NCBI GenBank assembly: GCA_051530055.1
Contig: CM121341.1
Coordinates: forward strand, 10,518,784-10,582,783
Direction of reading: 5' to 3'
Length of the DNA: 64,000 bases
Source of the DNA: Neoechinorhynchus agilis
Taxonomy: Eukaryota > Animalia > Acanthocephala
Shown here: positions 22,290 to 35,845 of the stretch, piece after piece
How the letters are laid out: each line of letters starts with the position of its first letter
Numbering within the stretch: position 1 is the stretch's first letter
Position numbers and translations under genes: made by a program
The notes under the pieces: model-generated
What the model was told of the DNA's origin: nothing
The model's database searches: none
The model's input: only the letters and a program-made list of their open reading frames with translations

Positions 22290-25200
22290 TCGTGCCAAGG
22301 GTGCTTGATAACAACCCTCATCGCCCCAACGCACATCCCAGAACCTTGCCCGTTCTCTATCTGTGGGTTCTACTGCGCCAAGCTGCTGATCAAATTGGCA
22401 CCAGATCGAATACCGTTTGGAATGCCTTTCGGAGTTGTCAACAGGACACTTTCGACTGCGATCGACGCTAACCTCGAAACATCACCTTCTACCATGCCTT
22501 TGAACATCACAACAGAAGCCATCTCACAGATTTCTCTCAATCTGATGCCCAACAACGGCCCATCGCCAGAATCATCCCACCACCCCGATCTCTTTCCTCC
22601 CGTTTCACCCGTCACAACACTTCCCACTCAACTGAGTATATCCCCAAAACACAACCAAACAATTCCCAGCAGCCCGTTAATTTCACATCTAATTCATGAC
22701 AAAGGCCAACCAACTATCTTGTGACAACCCAAACATGCCATCCACACTTGGAAATGATAAATCGTCTCTGGACCCTCGACCTAACTCAATCCCGATTCTC
22801 AAACCTCCGGTTCAGGCTCATATTACCTCCCTCACATCCACCCTCCGCGCAGCTCCTTCTTATCCCGCTCGTCGACTTCCGTCCTTTCAAGACTAACCTC
22901 CCTCTCAGCAGATTTTACCGGAGATAACACCTCCCTCACCGAAATCTTCTTGCGCATCCGGCCTTCTCCCTGGCCACGCCCAATACAAACATAAGAAATA
23001 TGATCCATCCCACGATCTCTTCATCTCCGGTATTCGTGAATTTCCTAAAGTTCCTGAATGTCCAATTTTTAGCCGTTTCAATGCGTTGAAACACAATCTG
23101 CTACATCTCAACTAAATTACCCGTACGCTCTTCCCTTATAACAACCTTCCGGCACCTGTATCTGTTCACCGCATCCCATCAAATAATCCAGCTGACTCTC
23201 GTCCACGCCTTCTAAAAGTTAGCTTTCACCTTCGTGACACTGCCTCTGCCTACATCTCCAAACGCTTTCTTTTACTAAAATCACTCCTCCCTTACCGGAT
23301 ATTTCCAGCCCGGCAGTCAATAAGTTGTCGTCCGTTCAACACACGCTTTCTCCTGCGGTAAATTTTGGATACCTCCAAAGGAACCCGATGTTCCTTGGCA
23401 GAAATTAGATATACAACTGTTTTCCATCCCTTATCAGAAAATCGTCACACCTCAGACATACTAGTCACCACAGAAACCCGGCTCAGTGACTCAAACAAAG
23501 ACACCGCAGCCATATCTAACTTCACTCACTTTCACTTTGTCGGAGGCCCAACCCAAAAAATTTCGGTCGGCCTTGAACAATCCACTTGCACTCTAGATGA
23601 ACAGGCAACCACAACATCACCCGACTTGACACCCATCTCGCCCCTCCAACCCATTTCCTTGCTGAGCATCCTACCTAAACAGCCGTTCCCTACAATTTAA
23701 ACACCAATATTCGTAGCATCTTACCAAAAATCGACGCGCTGTCCATAGTCGCTACGGCCACCAAAGCCGACATTCTCGTCATTACGGAAACCTGGCTCTC
23801 CCAATTTAATAAGGACACTGCCATCATCCCCGGATTCTCCTCATTTCGCCTAACTAGAGATGATCGTTCTGGAGGAGGCGTCTCTATTTACTTGAAGTCC
23901 TGCTTACAATACACCATCTCCATTCCTAACTATTTTATATCAGAACACCTCGAATGGGTTCACCTTCAACTCTCTCTTTCTCTTCGTAACGGCAGCCTTG
24001 AAATGACCGTCACCGGTGTTTATCGCCCCCCTGCCTCAACTCCCATCGCAACATCTGAACAAATCGATACCTTAATTAATGACAAACTATCGTTAAATTC
24101 TCAACACTTCATGATTCGATGAGACTTCAACCGTCTCCCTGCTCCACCGTCACTCTCTGATCTCTTACAACTAGTAAACTTCCCCTCGTGTGGTTCATCG
24201 ACACACTAGATAAAATCTTTACCAATATAGCCAAATATTCCGCTCCCGTTAAACTCCCACCTGTCGCGACCTCGGATCACTGTACCATCCTCCTTAGACC
24301 AATTGTTCCTCCGAAGCGACAGTCCTCCGACCCTTTCCCAGTCTGGGATAAACGTGAGCATCACTCTCACTCCTTCAACAAGGTAAGTGATGCTCTATGC
24401 GGAATCCGAAGTTTTATATACAGCAACGACCCGTCTAAAGCCACGGCGGCATTGACAATACCTTAGTCCATTGCATGTGCATGTATTTCTTTCGGAAAAT
24501 GATTCGTATGTCGAATCGTGATCCACCATGGTTTTCACCTTTACTGAAATCACTGCAAGACAAGGTGAATAAATCCTTTCGCTCCCGACATCCCGATTAC
24601 CCAGAACTCCATAAGAGATTCACTGAGCGTCTTCTTCACGCTCGCAAAACCTTTCTTTTTACCAAACTACCGTCATCCCCTAATCGTTCCTGGTGGAGCG
24701 AGATCAAAAATGCCATAGGCCTTCACAGATCTCAGCCTTTCGCTAATCTGCATAAATTTCAGCTCGAAGACATCCTCAACTCCATGAACGCTACCATGTG
24801 CCCTCCCAAATCTTCCACTGACACAAGCGTCGTACGCCCTTGCGACGATCGCAACCATATGACCTGTGTTCCTCATTCACGCGTCTCCACTCTTGAGGTT
24901 CTCCTACTCCTCAAAAAACTACCACGTACATCATCCCATAACGCTCCGATTCCCAACTGGGCCATTCGCATCATCATTTCCTTGATCTTTTAGCCTCTAG
25001 CTCATATCATCAATTCTAGCTTTCAAACGGGAAGCTTCCAATACATTGCGGTGATCCCCAAGGAGCTATACTATCGCCCTTACTTTTCGATATCTTCCTC
25101 GACGACCTTACACCCCTCTCAACGTCCGCTAAATATTTCCTTTATCCGGACGACCTAACCATCATAACCCATGCTCCTCCATCACTCTCGTTCAGCCTCA

Positions 25201-25835
25201 CGTCCGCAGAGATCGAAAACCCATCAACTCTCAATTAATTTCTCCAAATCATATGAACTTATTCCGTCGCTTCAAAAACCTAGGACTAATATTCCACCGC
25301 TCCCTCTCGATATCCAACGCGTCACATCGCTTCGCATTCTGGGCCTAATCTTCCAACACAACTTTAAATGGGACATCCACATTAATGGCGTCGTAGCAAA
25401 AGCCACTGCTAAATTGTATTTTATCAAGCGCTTGCGTTTCCTCGGAGTCAGCCCACGCGATCTAGCACATTTCTATTGGTCCATTGTGGTCCCTGCAATC
25501 TCATATGCATACCCAACCTTTTGCAATTTATCCACCCATCAACTGCGCTTGCTTTCCTCCCTAAATAAACGAGCCTGCAAAATTTGCTTCAAGGACCTCG
25601 CACCATTCGAAGAACACCTTTCCAAAATCTTCGACAAATACATGACCTCCCTGCGTTCCCTCCCATCTAAATTTCTCCCGTTCATCTCGCCAAGGGAACA
25701 CGTCCGAAATACGCGATGTCCGAACAGCTTCAATCCGCCTCTCCCTCCCACCACACTATATAAAAAATCATTTTTTGCCATCGCACAATCAACCCATGAG
25801 TCTACGGCCTGAATCGGAGGAGAGACTCATGCACA
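22290..25835 (+). mobile_element. Decayed L2/CR1-like non-LTR retrotransposon (ORF1 remnant, APE, partial RT)
   Basis: NIRSILPKID, DILVITETWLS, DRSGGGV, VYRPP, LDKIFTN, SDHC; C-terminal LGLIFQHNFKWDIH...KLYFIKRL; many stops and frameshifts. Confidence 0.85.
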
Positions 25836-25989
25836 TGCGGCGACTTGCAGCTCTTTTCGAATTCAGTCTCAATCAAACAGCACGAATCCAAAGATGCATG
25901 GTTCCCGTGCTTGTGTGTGTCTGAAATAATAAAAACGTGTTATTATTATAACTCCATATCAAAAATGGAACGAGATTTGTGTATCGTTA

Positions 25990-26275
25990 GTTGAAAAGCA
26001 GACTGGCTGCAAAATTAAAACTGGCATTTTCTAGAAAAGTACACTTTTTGCATGTCGAAGTCGAGACGCTCGGGTCATTTGGTACCGCGGCGCAGGACCT
26101 GGTCAAGCAATCGTCTAAGAGATTGATACAAATCACTGGCGATCCGGGATCAGGAGCATTCCTCTTACAAAACATAAGACTGACTGTGCAACGGAAGGGA
26201 AATGCTGCATCCGTCATTTCGAGCGTTGCATCAGGACGGCAGCTGTGTGGTCCAGAGCGGTGGTGTGAATGATTT
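25990..26275 (+). mobile_element. 3' fragment of a CRE-like (RLE) non-LTR element
   Basis: VETLGSFGTAA...QNIRLTVQRKGNAASV matches the C-terminal ET.G..G...QRGNA motif of the element at 53040-53230. Confidence 0.75.
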
Positions 26276-26493
26276 AATGTCCGAAAAAAATCGGCATTTT
26301 GCATTGAATTATTCGCTTCGCAGAAGTCGACGAGTCTTTTCATAAAACCGAGCATTTTGATGTTCGCAATTGAAGTAAACGATAAGTGAATAATGAAACC
26401 ATTCTGACCTATATATTAGAAATGCGCCATGTTTTTTAATGTGCGTTCTAAGTGTTGCTATATTTAGATTATACTTTTAAGCACCATGAGGAC

Positions 26494-29400
26494 CGTCCCA
26501 ATAGACAACTACCATTCGATTCGCTATAAAGGAGATTATACTTTTAAGCACCATGAGGACAAGGTTGCTTGAACACATAAAATATAGAGATTTTGTACAT
26601 TTCTGCAAGTTTATTATTAGAATAAAGAACGCCTTTGAAGTGCAAATTAGGTTGAGGGACTTAAAGGAATTAATATAAAGAATTAACAGTTGAATAGGGC
26701 TAAATTTGATAAAAGTTATTAACACTAAATCGCGAGTGGTCGCAAAAAGTTATTAACATTAAATCGCGAGTGGTCGCAAATGCAACATAAAAATTGCATC
26801 TTTTTACTTGTTTGTAATCGCAAATATTTTTTCAAAGGAAGTGGAAATAAACATAAACTCTGCTCTGTAATTGGTCAGTGGAATCAAACCTGGGATTGAT
26901 ATGGAGTATTTTGCATGGGGTTCGCTTCATTGATGTTGGTTAAGTTGATTAAATAGCTCTTTGTTTGATTAGAACCCACAAATTGAAACCAAAGACTAAT
27001 AAAATCGATAAGCATTGATACTGATATGCTCAAAAATTTGTACTAAACTCTCATATTTAAAATTTTTTTAAAAAGGAACATTTTTCAAGATTATCGATTA
27101 TTGAGTTTAAATTTTTAGTTGAAACTCTAACTGAAAGCTATAGATCATCATTTTTTGGACATAATACCAACTATAAAAACTAACCAAATACGACAAAAAA
27201 TTACCTCCATTTTTTTTATTGATTTTCAGTTTAGAATACTGAGCAAAAATAAATCATCTTGATTCTTTTCAAAAACAATTTAAAAATAGTTATTTGAAAA
27301 CAATTATCGAAACATATAAAGAAATATTTTAAGTAAACCGTAAAAATAGTTCCGCAGAAGGTTTGGCAATCTAAAAAACATCGTGCCATTGAGTCATTAC
27401 TGTTTACATTGATCATTCCAATGGATGATGTGTTCAGCAATTTCAGACGATAATAATTTCGTTATTTGACATTATAGCCAGAGTAACTCAGCTTAAATTC
27501 ACATGCATATATTTTAAGGAATTAACAATTTATCCTATGAGGAGGCTTTTCTTGGACATCAATTTATCTTCTGAATCTCGTGAACACTAATTATGTGAAC
27601 CGTTGATTCGTGTGTAAATGTTTGCGTTCAAAACCACTACAGTTTACGTGAGCAATAAATTATTTAATCGGCGGCAACTGGAGCAATAACAACGAGCTTA
27701 TCAAAAAGCCTTTACTAAAACATTGGCTAATCTTATGAAGTATAATTTCAACTCGGTGTAACAGATAATACGCGGTTATATATTCGACAATTCGCGAGAG
27801 CTTCGTGTTTTCCTAATGTACTAAATGGATAATTGCAGGAAAGGAAATTCAAGCAATACTCAAAATCATTCGATGTCTTTGTATTAGAAATTAATCTTGA
27901 TTAACAATCGAATGAGGTAAATTTATACGATGTTAGACTTCATTGATTCTCGATAGTAAAATGTTAAAAAGATTCAAGCGTCATTATCGTCAAGGAAATT
28001 GGTTTTGTTTTCCAAATCAAAAATTGTGTTTTTGACAATAATACGGGAGAGAGAAAATACGCGTTACTCTGTATTGCTCATTTTCTACAATAGAGTAAGA
28101 AAATTGTTTTTAATACGCTGATCAGTATTTTCTAAGATGATCAACATTATTACCGCTGTGACTACATAAGGTAACGTTATCGTAGATAGAAGTTAGTTAA
28201 TCGAGTGGAGTCGTTCGTTTTGTGCCGAGAAAACTGAAACGGCTATAGATACGTTCAGGATTTGAGAATGTTGAAATGCAGATAATGATATTTAAACTTT
28301 ATATACACATTCAGAATAATATATTTCATCAGTATATAAAGTTTTTAAGAAGGGAAAACTAAACTCACTTTTAGATTGGAAAGTTTCATTTGCCTTTAAG
28401 GAAATTCTAAACGAACTGAATTAAAGACATTTTGAGCAGAACGTTTAATAATGTAGAAAATAAAAGGAAAGCAATAAAGTGACCATTAAATCGTCAATCT
28501 TTTTATAAGGAAGGAAAATATTATAATTAACTGCACCTTTAAAATCTAAAGATCAACATTTTATCGTCCAATTTGATTAAACCTATAAGTAAAGTGTTTA
28601 TCACGTTGCATTTGTTTGCGCGACTAACATCCAAACCGCTGTGTATGTGTTCAGTAGCTATTCAACCTTGCCTTGCAAATACGATTTCAATATAATATCG
28701 TTCGCTCGCTACTTTTCCGTTCACCATAGTTTTCAGATTTACAAACGTATTTTATAATGGATTCCGTAGCTGAGAATAAGGGATCGAAACGAGCTTATGC
28801 CGAAATCAAACAAGAACCATGCATTGATGATTCCGGAGCAAAACGTATGCGTGGAGAATGTGCAGCGCCTTGTATCCCTCGGCTCCCAGCCAGAAGCTTA
28901 AAGGCGCAAGGTACCTTGACAATACTCAGTGGTCTGCTTGAAATTAGCAAGAAATGCGTGGAAACTTCGACGGCAGTGAGTTCTCATAGCACCGGAAGTA
29001 GAGTTTCCAAACCCAAGAGCCCTATTCGAAACATAAAAGTTGAACCAGGAGTAGTAAGTAAAGACTCTGGTGATGATTTAATGGTCCCTTCACTCGGAGA
29101 AGTCGATTCTTCGGACGACGAAGATCATTCCTGTGAAATAGTTACGCCCAAGAGAGAATATCCTCCATTGAATTGGTGTAAACGTTCAATGATATTTGTT
29201 GAGCCTAACTTAGAAGTTGATCCTATATTCACATTTCCAAAACTCCGAAGGATCGCTAAGGAAACAGACGAAACGATTGATTTAAAGGAACCAGAGACAT
29301 CGAAGGGAGATACGGTCACGGATCCTGAAAAGGGTGAAAACACGAAAAACGAAAAAGAAGATAGACAAGAGGTCGATATTGTTCGATTGGATCGCGAGGT

Positions 29401-30834
29401 TGCAGATGCACTTCGTACAACTATTCGTTATAATTTTCCAAGTATTGATACCTGGATTTTGATTGATTATTTGATCATGTATCCTTGCATACGAGATGTT
29501 GATCTCGCCGATATGTGCGGACTTCATCTAAATCAGGTTCGGAAAGGATTAGCATTTTTGATCCGGGATCATATTATAAGGACAAAAATTCGAACGGTAA
29601 GAGTGAAGGTGACCGAAGAGGAAGCTCAACAGCGCAAAAAACGTTTACCGGCGCATGGAATGAAATTGAAGCGGTACACCTACTACCAGCTATACCCACA
29701 TTTGGCTGCTAATATTCTTCGGGTGAAACTCAAGATGATGCGGACTAAGCTCGACAGTCATACTATTGATCCCGATGAAGCGAAGCTTGGGCCCGGGGTA
29801 GAGATTTGGTACAAATGCCCATATTGTCAGCACATTTTAACCAACTTTCACGCCGATATTGTACTCAAAGCCGGTGCTTTGACTGGCGATAGCGATGATA
29901 TGGATTGTCCAATGTGTTATACGAATATGAAACGTAGATATGGTGCCAGCGATGAAGTCAATGAATGCAGGCAGATTTTAGCAAAGTTCAATCAGAAATA
30001 CTTGAAAATACTAGATGCACTCTACGTTAATCCAACTATAAATTATCCACAGAATGTCTTGAAATTGAATTTCTTTGAGCGTGAAGATTTGGGACACTGC
30101 AATTATTTCTGCAAAAAGGTAAAGAAGCGCAAGAAATCGGGTATATTGTCGTCGATATCGAAGAAAAAATCGAAATCGAGAAAGGACGATAATGATAATT
30201 TTAAGGTCGCGATAGGATATATGACAAAAAGGAAAAAGTTGTTGACTGGAATGAGAGAGCTCCCGGATTGGTTCAGTGTTTTAAAGCCAGTAATTGAAGT
30301 GGAAGAAGATTATTTGGTTGGGGTTAAGTTATCGTCCGACGGACTATATGCGGACGGCTTAGAATGTACGGAGGAATACAAAGAAATTTTTGATATGATC
30401 CAAAACACGGATTGTTTTGATATTGTAGTTGAAGAAGACGATCTGTTAGAATATAAGCAGCCAGAGGTACCAACAATTGATATAAATGACAGTTTCAAAA
30501 TTCCAGTCGATGATTTCACTGAAGAAATGCTTCAGGTTTTGTGGGAATAAGCTCTTAATGTTTATACACGTAAGTGTATTTTATATAGCAAAAATTGATC
30601 ATTCTACTTATTTACGACTGATTTTTAGATCATGATGTATAACAGCCTATAAATGATTCGTCCGTCGATGCTGTTTGTGAAAATTAAAGCAGTAGGTAGA
30701 AATTCTGTAAGATATTTTATAAGAAATGTACAGCGTATGCAGAGTTAAGACAGGAGCAAGAAACGCATATAACTCCAATTACTAGGTTCACAAAATTGTA
30801 GATTGCAGATCGAAGTATTACAGTAAAGAAATTA
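26494..30834. repeat. Inverted segmental duplication, arm B (partner 5152-9492)
   Basis: Reverse complement of arm A, with a templated ~26-bp insertion at the left junction (26468-26493). Confidence 0.95.
28757..30550 (+). CDS. GTF2E1: TFIIE alpha subunit (copy B)
   Basis: 597 aa; differs from copy A at TTVRY/TTIRY and LQALWE/LQVLWE. Confidence 0.85.
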   Translation: MDSVAENKGSKRAYAEIKQEPCIDDSGAKRMRGECAAPCIPRLPARSLKAQGTLTILSGLLEISKKCVETSTAVSSHSTGSRVSKPKSPIRNIKVEPGVVSKDSGDDLMVPSLGEVDSSDDEDHSCEIVTPKREYPPLNWCKRSMIFVEPNLEVDPIFTFPKLRRIAKETDETIDLKEPETSKGDTVTDPEKGENTKNEKEDRQEVDIVRLDREVADALRTTIRYNFPSIDTWILIDYLIMYPCIRDVDLADMCGLHLNQVRKGLAFLIRDHIIRTKIRTVRVKVTEEEAQQRKKRLPAHGMKLKRYTYYQLYPHLAANILRVKLKMMRTKLDSHTIDPDEAKLGPGVEIWYKCPYCQHILTNFHADIVLKAGALTGDSDDMDCPMCYTNMKRRYGASDEVNECRQILAKFNQKYLKILDALYVNPTINYPQNVLKLNFFEREDLGHCNYFCKKVKKRKKSGILSSISKKKSKSRKDDNDNFKVAIGYMTKRKKLLTGMRELPDWFSVLKPVIEVEEDYLVGVKLSSDGLYADGLECTEEYKEIFDMIQNTDCFDIVVEEDDLLEYKQPEVPTIDINDSFKIPVDDFTEEMLQVLWE

Positions 30835-31345
30835 AAAAATAATTAAATTTCCGCGAAACATCTTTAGGATCCGACCAAATTTTAAACAATTTTCGTTGTA
30901 TTATATTCTTACTTGAACGCAAAATTTAAGAACATAATAATTTAAATAATTTTTAGCCATTTGTTGTGAAGGCAATTGAGACGTCATACTGCTATTTTTA
31001 CAATTTTCAAATCTTTTATATATAATTTTTTAGCAATATTGCGATGACTTGATTAAAAGTATTTGATCATAAAAGCAACGAAATAAAATCGAACAGTGAT
31101 TCAAAAACTAAATAACCTCAAAAAGGCAGGTGGGCGTCAACAGGGTTTTCGAAAATTAACGATATTTCCAATTATTAACGTTGAATTTTAACGTTTTGAT
31201 TGCACTGCTCCAAGATCAAAGTTCCTAAGGTAATTATTTTGTTGATTTCGGAAATCAGAACAAATATATGTCAATTTGTGAGGTAGCTGAGTATTTGATT
31301 AGATTTATTGTTTAGAAGTCTTCACCCGGTAATTTAATAAAAAAA

Positions 31346-31900
31346 TTATTTGTCGGGAGAAGACCCAAGGCGACGGTCCCTTCCCAACCGAACAGTTGAT
31401 GGTTCGTCCAGTCTTCTCCCGCCATCTCTGCTTAAACCGACCGTCTCAAGGAGATATGGAATGCCGGCCGTTGCCAAAATCCTATGTATTAGATTATTCA
31501 GCATGCTGTGGCGATTGCGCCTAACTATCGTTTTTGGCGAATCGATTTCACGGGTTCCTGTTTGCACTGCACTTGCATGTCGCGTTGATTTAGCAATCGA
31601 CGAATATGCGTACTACCAAAGCGAGTTCAAAAGAGCGATTATCGATAAGCATTTTCGAGCTTTCGCCGTCCAACTGCTACCTCGGGAATCTACAAAGGCG
31701 CGTTGAGATGTGAAGTGTGTTAAAGTAGTAAACATCGAAGCGGAAAGTTCGTCCCGTTCATTGAACAGTTCTGTGGCATTGTCGAGCTGACGTCCAGAAC
31801 TAACTCTCGCATTTTCTGCGGAAACGTCATCCTTTCCCCCTCCAACCATCCGGGATAAAAATAAACTCATTTTATCAGATTCGACGCGTCAAAAAATGTT
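31346..31900 (-). mobile_element. CRE-like retroelement fragments
   Basis: RHSMLNNLIHRILATAGIPYLLE..GLSRDGGRRLD (RLE RH..N...RPD region) and QRAFVDS. 31654-31925 is also shared with 57662-57890. Confidence 0.65.
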
Positions 31901-31934
31901 GCGAAAATTGCATTAATAATAACACGTTCTATTA

Positions 31935-32170
31935 TTGAATAAAAAAAGATCCACGTACCATTGGGTCCTCATGATAAATGAATTTGGTTGTTTTTTAGAG
32001 TGGATTACGGGTTCGGTCGGGTTTGAAGTCCGTTCGGGATGGAATTGGTGGTTATTGTTTGTAGTAGAATTTGTGATGTTGGATCTTTCCTCCGGTTCAT
32101 TCCGGGAGATAGTGAACAGTTATCTTCTTTTATTAACAAAACCTAGAAAATTGGATATGTCGAGTTGAAA
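31935..32170 (-). mobile_element. 3' end fragment of an L2/CR1-like element
   Basis: GGAATTGGTGGTTATTG and its flanks match 57914-58000. Confidence 0.5.
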
Positions 32171-32439
32171 TTTCGTAAGTTTTAACTTGCTTGATTCAAT
32201 TGTTGTGTAAAATGAAAAACAACCAGTTATACAACCGCAACCTACTGTAAGTCCTTCTCGGGCTTGTATGTGGAGCTCGTATGCGTGCTGACGTATTATC
32301 GATGATTGGCTTTTTCAACTGCTTCAGCATCTATACTGCTGAGAAAATACCCTCTGTGCCTATGATAAAGGCGTCATGGGGCTGCCAAGGACCAAACCCC
32401 TCCGAGTAACCTATTTTTCTAGCTAAATTCTTTGCTTTA

Positions 32440-34870
32440 GATGTCGAACGAAGAAGTTTCTAAATGTTTAACCTATGGCTTAGCTCGGAACCTATAAAAG
32501 TGACATTAACTCGGCTATACGCTCATTTTCTGAAAACGTGCAGGGATGAATCTCTCACTCCCACTTGTGTACGCGTCAAGACTGGTATGATCCGATTTCA
32601 AGGATCTAAGCTGCAGCGTTACTTCGAGCACAAACTAATTTTATTCGGAATCAGGGATTTTAGAAGTCGGATTGCCAACGTTCTACATACTACCAAAGAG
32701 CTCAGAACATCTATATCGGAGGTTCCGGATACTGAGGATAATATATGGCTTGATGGGTACGTCAGCGATAGAGTGACAAGAGTGTTGGACGAGGTTATAA
32801 ACAGGAATAGTGAAAAATTGGAGCGTTTGCGACCAAGGCTATCGAGTCAGTCTAACTTTTTCATTAACAGGTCACAGCGGAATTTTAGTGACCAAGAGAG
32901 ATGTTTATTAAACAAAGGACCTGATTTTGTAGTACGGCATTGAAGGAAGGAAATTGATATCAGGTGCGGCAGTGAAATTATGTTAAAGGCATGCCCGGAT
33001 TCGTTATGCACTGTTGTTGACCCGTGCACACAATGATATAGGCGAGAATAAGGATTTGAGCAACCTTCGAACGATATTGAAAAATGACTCGATAAGGATA
33101 TGCAAATCGGATAAAGGGCGAGCGTTGGTGGCAGTGGACATAAGTAGAAACATTATAGCGGCTAAGAAATTGCTTGAATCTTATAAATTTGCGAGATTAG
33201 ATGTGGATCCCCCAACCAAACGTGAATCTCAATACAATGGTTTTTGACGAGCCTTGTCCGAAATGGTGCGCTCACGGATACGTTTTAAGGTGAAATCAGG
33301 TCTACATCCGCGCAATCGCCATTCTTATATCTATTGCCAAAAATACACAAATCAACGCTACAATTCCGACCCATTATCGCGAGCTATTCAACCTTCGGTA
33401 ACAAATTCGCAAGGAGAATAAACACAATACTTAGAAGTGTAATGTCTACAGCCAATTCCTATGTCCCTTTGCGAAGGAAATTCTGCAACAAAATTTTTGC
33501 AATACAAGTCTATTAACTGCGGATGTGATGTTCTTGTTCACAAATATTCCCCTTGCTAAAGCGCGGGATATGACTGCAATGATCTTGGCCGAGCGTTGCA
33601 CGGAAACAAAATTGGATATAAAGGCATTGTCCGGCGTCCTGAATTGGTGCACCACGAAGACCTCTTTCCGGTTCAATGACCCCTTTTACGATCAGAAAGA
33701 CGGCGTGGCAATGGGTTCTCCTTTAGCCCCAGTTATAGCCGATATATACATGCAAAACTGGTAACGCGAATTCCTCAGCAAACACCCGACGATCAAAAGA
33801 TGGCGTCGTTATGTGGACGACGTATTCATCATTACTGAGCAAGGAGTCGACGCGGGTGTATTAGAAACTTTGATGAACGCAGAGGATGAGCGGATTCAAT
33901 GGACTATCACTAAGGAACGTACTGACGGTACGATATCCTTCCTCGATGCCCTTGTGAATCGACATCACGATAAAACGGTGACTTCGAGTCTTTATCGAAA
34001 ACCCAAGGTACCATGGGGACGATCGGAATGGACAAGTCATCTACCTATTCAGGACCAGATAAAAGTGGCACGTTCATATTTCCGTAGAGCCCTGAACATT
34101 TGTTCGTCCAACTCCATGTGGTCCAATGAAAGGAATAACATCATCAAGATCCTGCGGTTAAGGGGATATCCTAAGTGGGCTATTGATATGGCCAGAAAAC
34201 GTATCAGGCGACGACCCGATCAACACAATAACGATCAGCCAACGAATCTACCACCTACAAAATATATCGCACATTCTTTCATCAGTGAAGAGGCCACTAA
34301 CAAACTACGGACCTTACAAAGAATACAGAATGTGAGGACTATTGTCAAAAAAGGGACTACATTGGCTGGTTTTTGCAAAAATAAGACCGCGACAACACCT
34401 ACATGCGGAGTCTACAAAATAGGCTGCTCGGAATGCGATAAAAAGTATGTTGGACAGACGAAGCAAGGTCTGTGCAAACGCATCCAACAGCTTAAATACG
34501 CGTGTATACGTTTCGATCAATCTTTGGCAATATCTAACCATGAGCAGACATCTCAACATCGAGTTGACTTTGACGGTGCTGCTATGATTATGGCCGAAGC
34601 GAACTGGAAGCGGAGACTCGTGTATGAGGCCATACACATTGCAGCGAACTGGACAATGGAGGGACACAAGGAGAACTTTAGTCTCGCACTCCCAATCAAC
34701 GATTTAAAGCTCAAAGAAAGCCGAACGTTGAGTAGGGGGTTCGAGCGGACATTAACTCCCCGAACCACGGCTAACCCGCACTCCTGAGCCTAAGGTAACC
34801 CGTATAAACCAATTTGTAGATGTCTGACGAGGTGGATCTTGTCCACGAAATATTAAGCAATAAAAATAAG
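32440..34870 (+). mobile_element. Penelope-like element (RT + GIY-YIG), inactivated by stops and frameshifts
   Basis: KSDKG, PKIHK..RPII, LFTNIP, QKDGVAMGSPLAPVIADIYM, YVDDVF, GVYKIGCSECDKKYVGQT; hammerhead motif and AATAAA in the 3' end. Confidence 0.92.
34824..34864 (+). ncRNA. Minimal hammerhead motif in the Penelope 3' pseudo-LTR
   Basis: CTGACGA-G-GTGGA tcttg TCCAC-GAAATATT, then AATAAA at 34859. Palindromic ATAT stem III; stem I is poor. Confidence 0.6.
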
Positions 34871-35399
34871 TCCAAAAACACTTCAGAATGATCATAAATT
34901 AATAATCAAATTCTTAAAAATATACACCTTTTTTAATGAGCGAAATCGGAAAAACGACATATGAACGACAAATGAGAAAATCTTAAAAAAGAATTTCTCA
35001 GCTGCACAACAAGAGCGGATGAAGTGCGGTAAAAAGCGCGTGTGGGCAACGAGATTAAGTCAATTGTCTACATGAGTTTTATACTCATTGTGCTCCAACA
35101 TCAATTTTTTCCATAGGCTGGGATAAATCCACTTATTTTAAATAACGATGAAAATTAGTTATATTCTGTTCTAATGATCAGCATGGGTAAGAATCGAGCA
35201 ACTGAGCTGAAAGTTTTACCCAGAGGCAATGCATTAGGTCCAACGACCTTAAATGAAATTCGTTTTTCGCATCTTTTGTATGCATACGATGATCTTTCAT
35301 ACGACCGTCATTAGTGTTCGAGCTTTTCTCAGTTCATATCCGAAGATTTGGTTACACGAAGATAGCTCAAAACAAAAAAATTAGCACGCCCTTTAAAAG

Positions 35400-35845
35400 T
35401 CCGTGGGGCTCCTAATAGGAAATGATATAATCCGGATGAACGAATATGTCAACCTAGCTTCAAAGATAAACATGAAATTCAGGCATTTAGTTCTGTATGC
35501 TTACGATAGTGAGTCTTCGAACTCAGTCGACAATTTATCCAAGAGACCGCTTACTGATGTTGAATGGGTAGTTTTATCTCTTGGTCCCCGGTTCTTTTCC
35601 TTCAGCAATAGTCGATGGAATCGGTATCAGATGTGATACGGAAAGTCGGATTAAACGCTAACCAGAGATAAAAGCCGAACTCCCAGAATGCGATGCAATT
35701 CTAAAAAACATGCAAATGAAAAAGAGTTCAACAATCATGCCAACGCAACGAAAAATAATCACCGATCTTAAACGAAACGACTCTATTCATATTACCAAAT
35801 CAGACAAAGGCAAAACAGTTGTCGCCACGGATCGGGATCAATAGG
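35400..35845 (+). mobile_element. Second Penelope-like fragment (pre-RT region)
   Basis: NLSKRPLTDVEWVVLSLGPRF and LKRNDSIHITKSDKGKTVVA. Confidence 0.7.
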
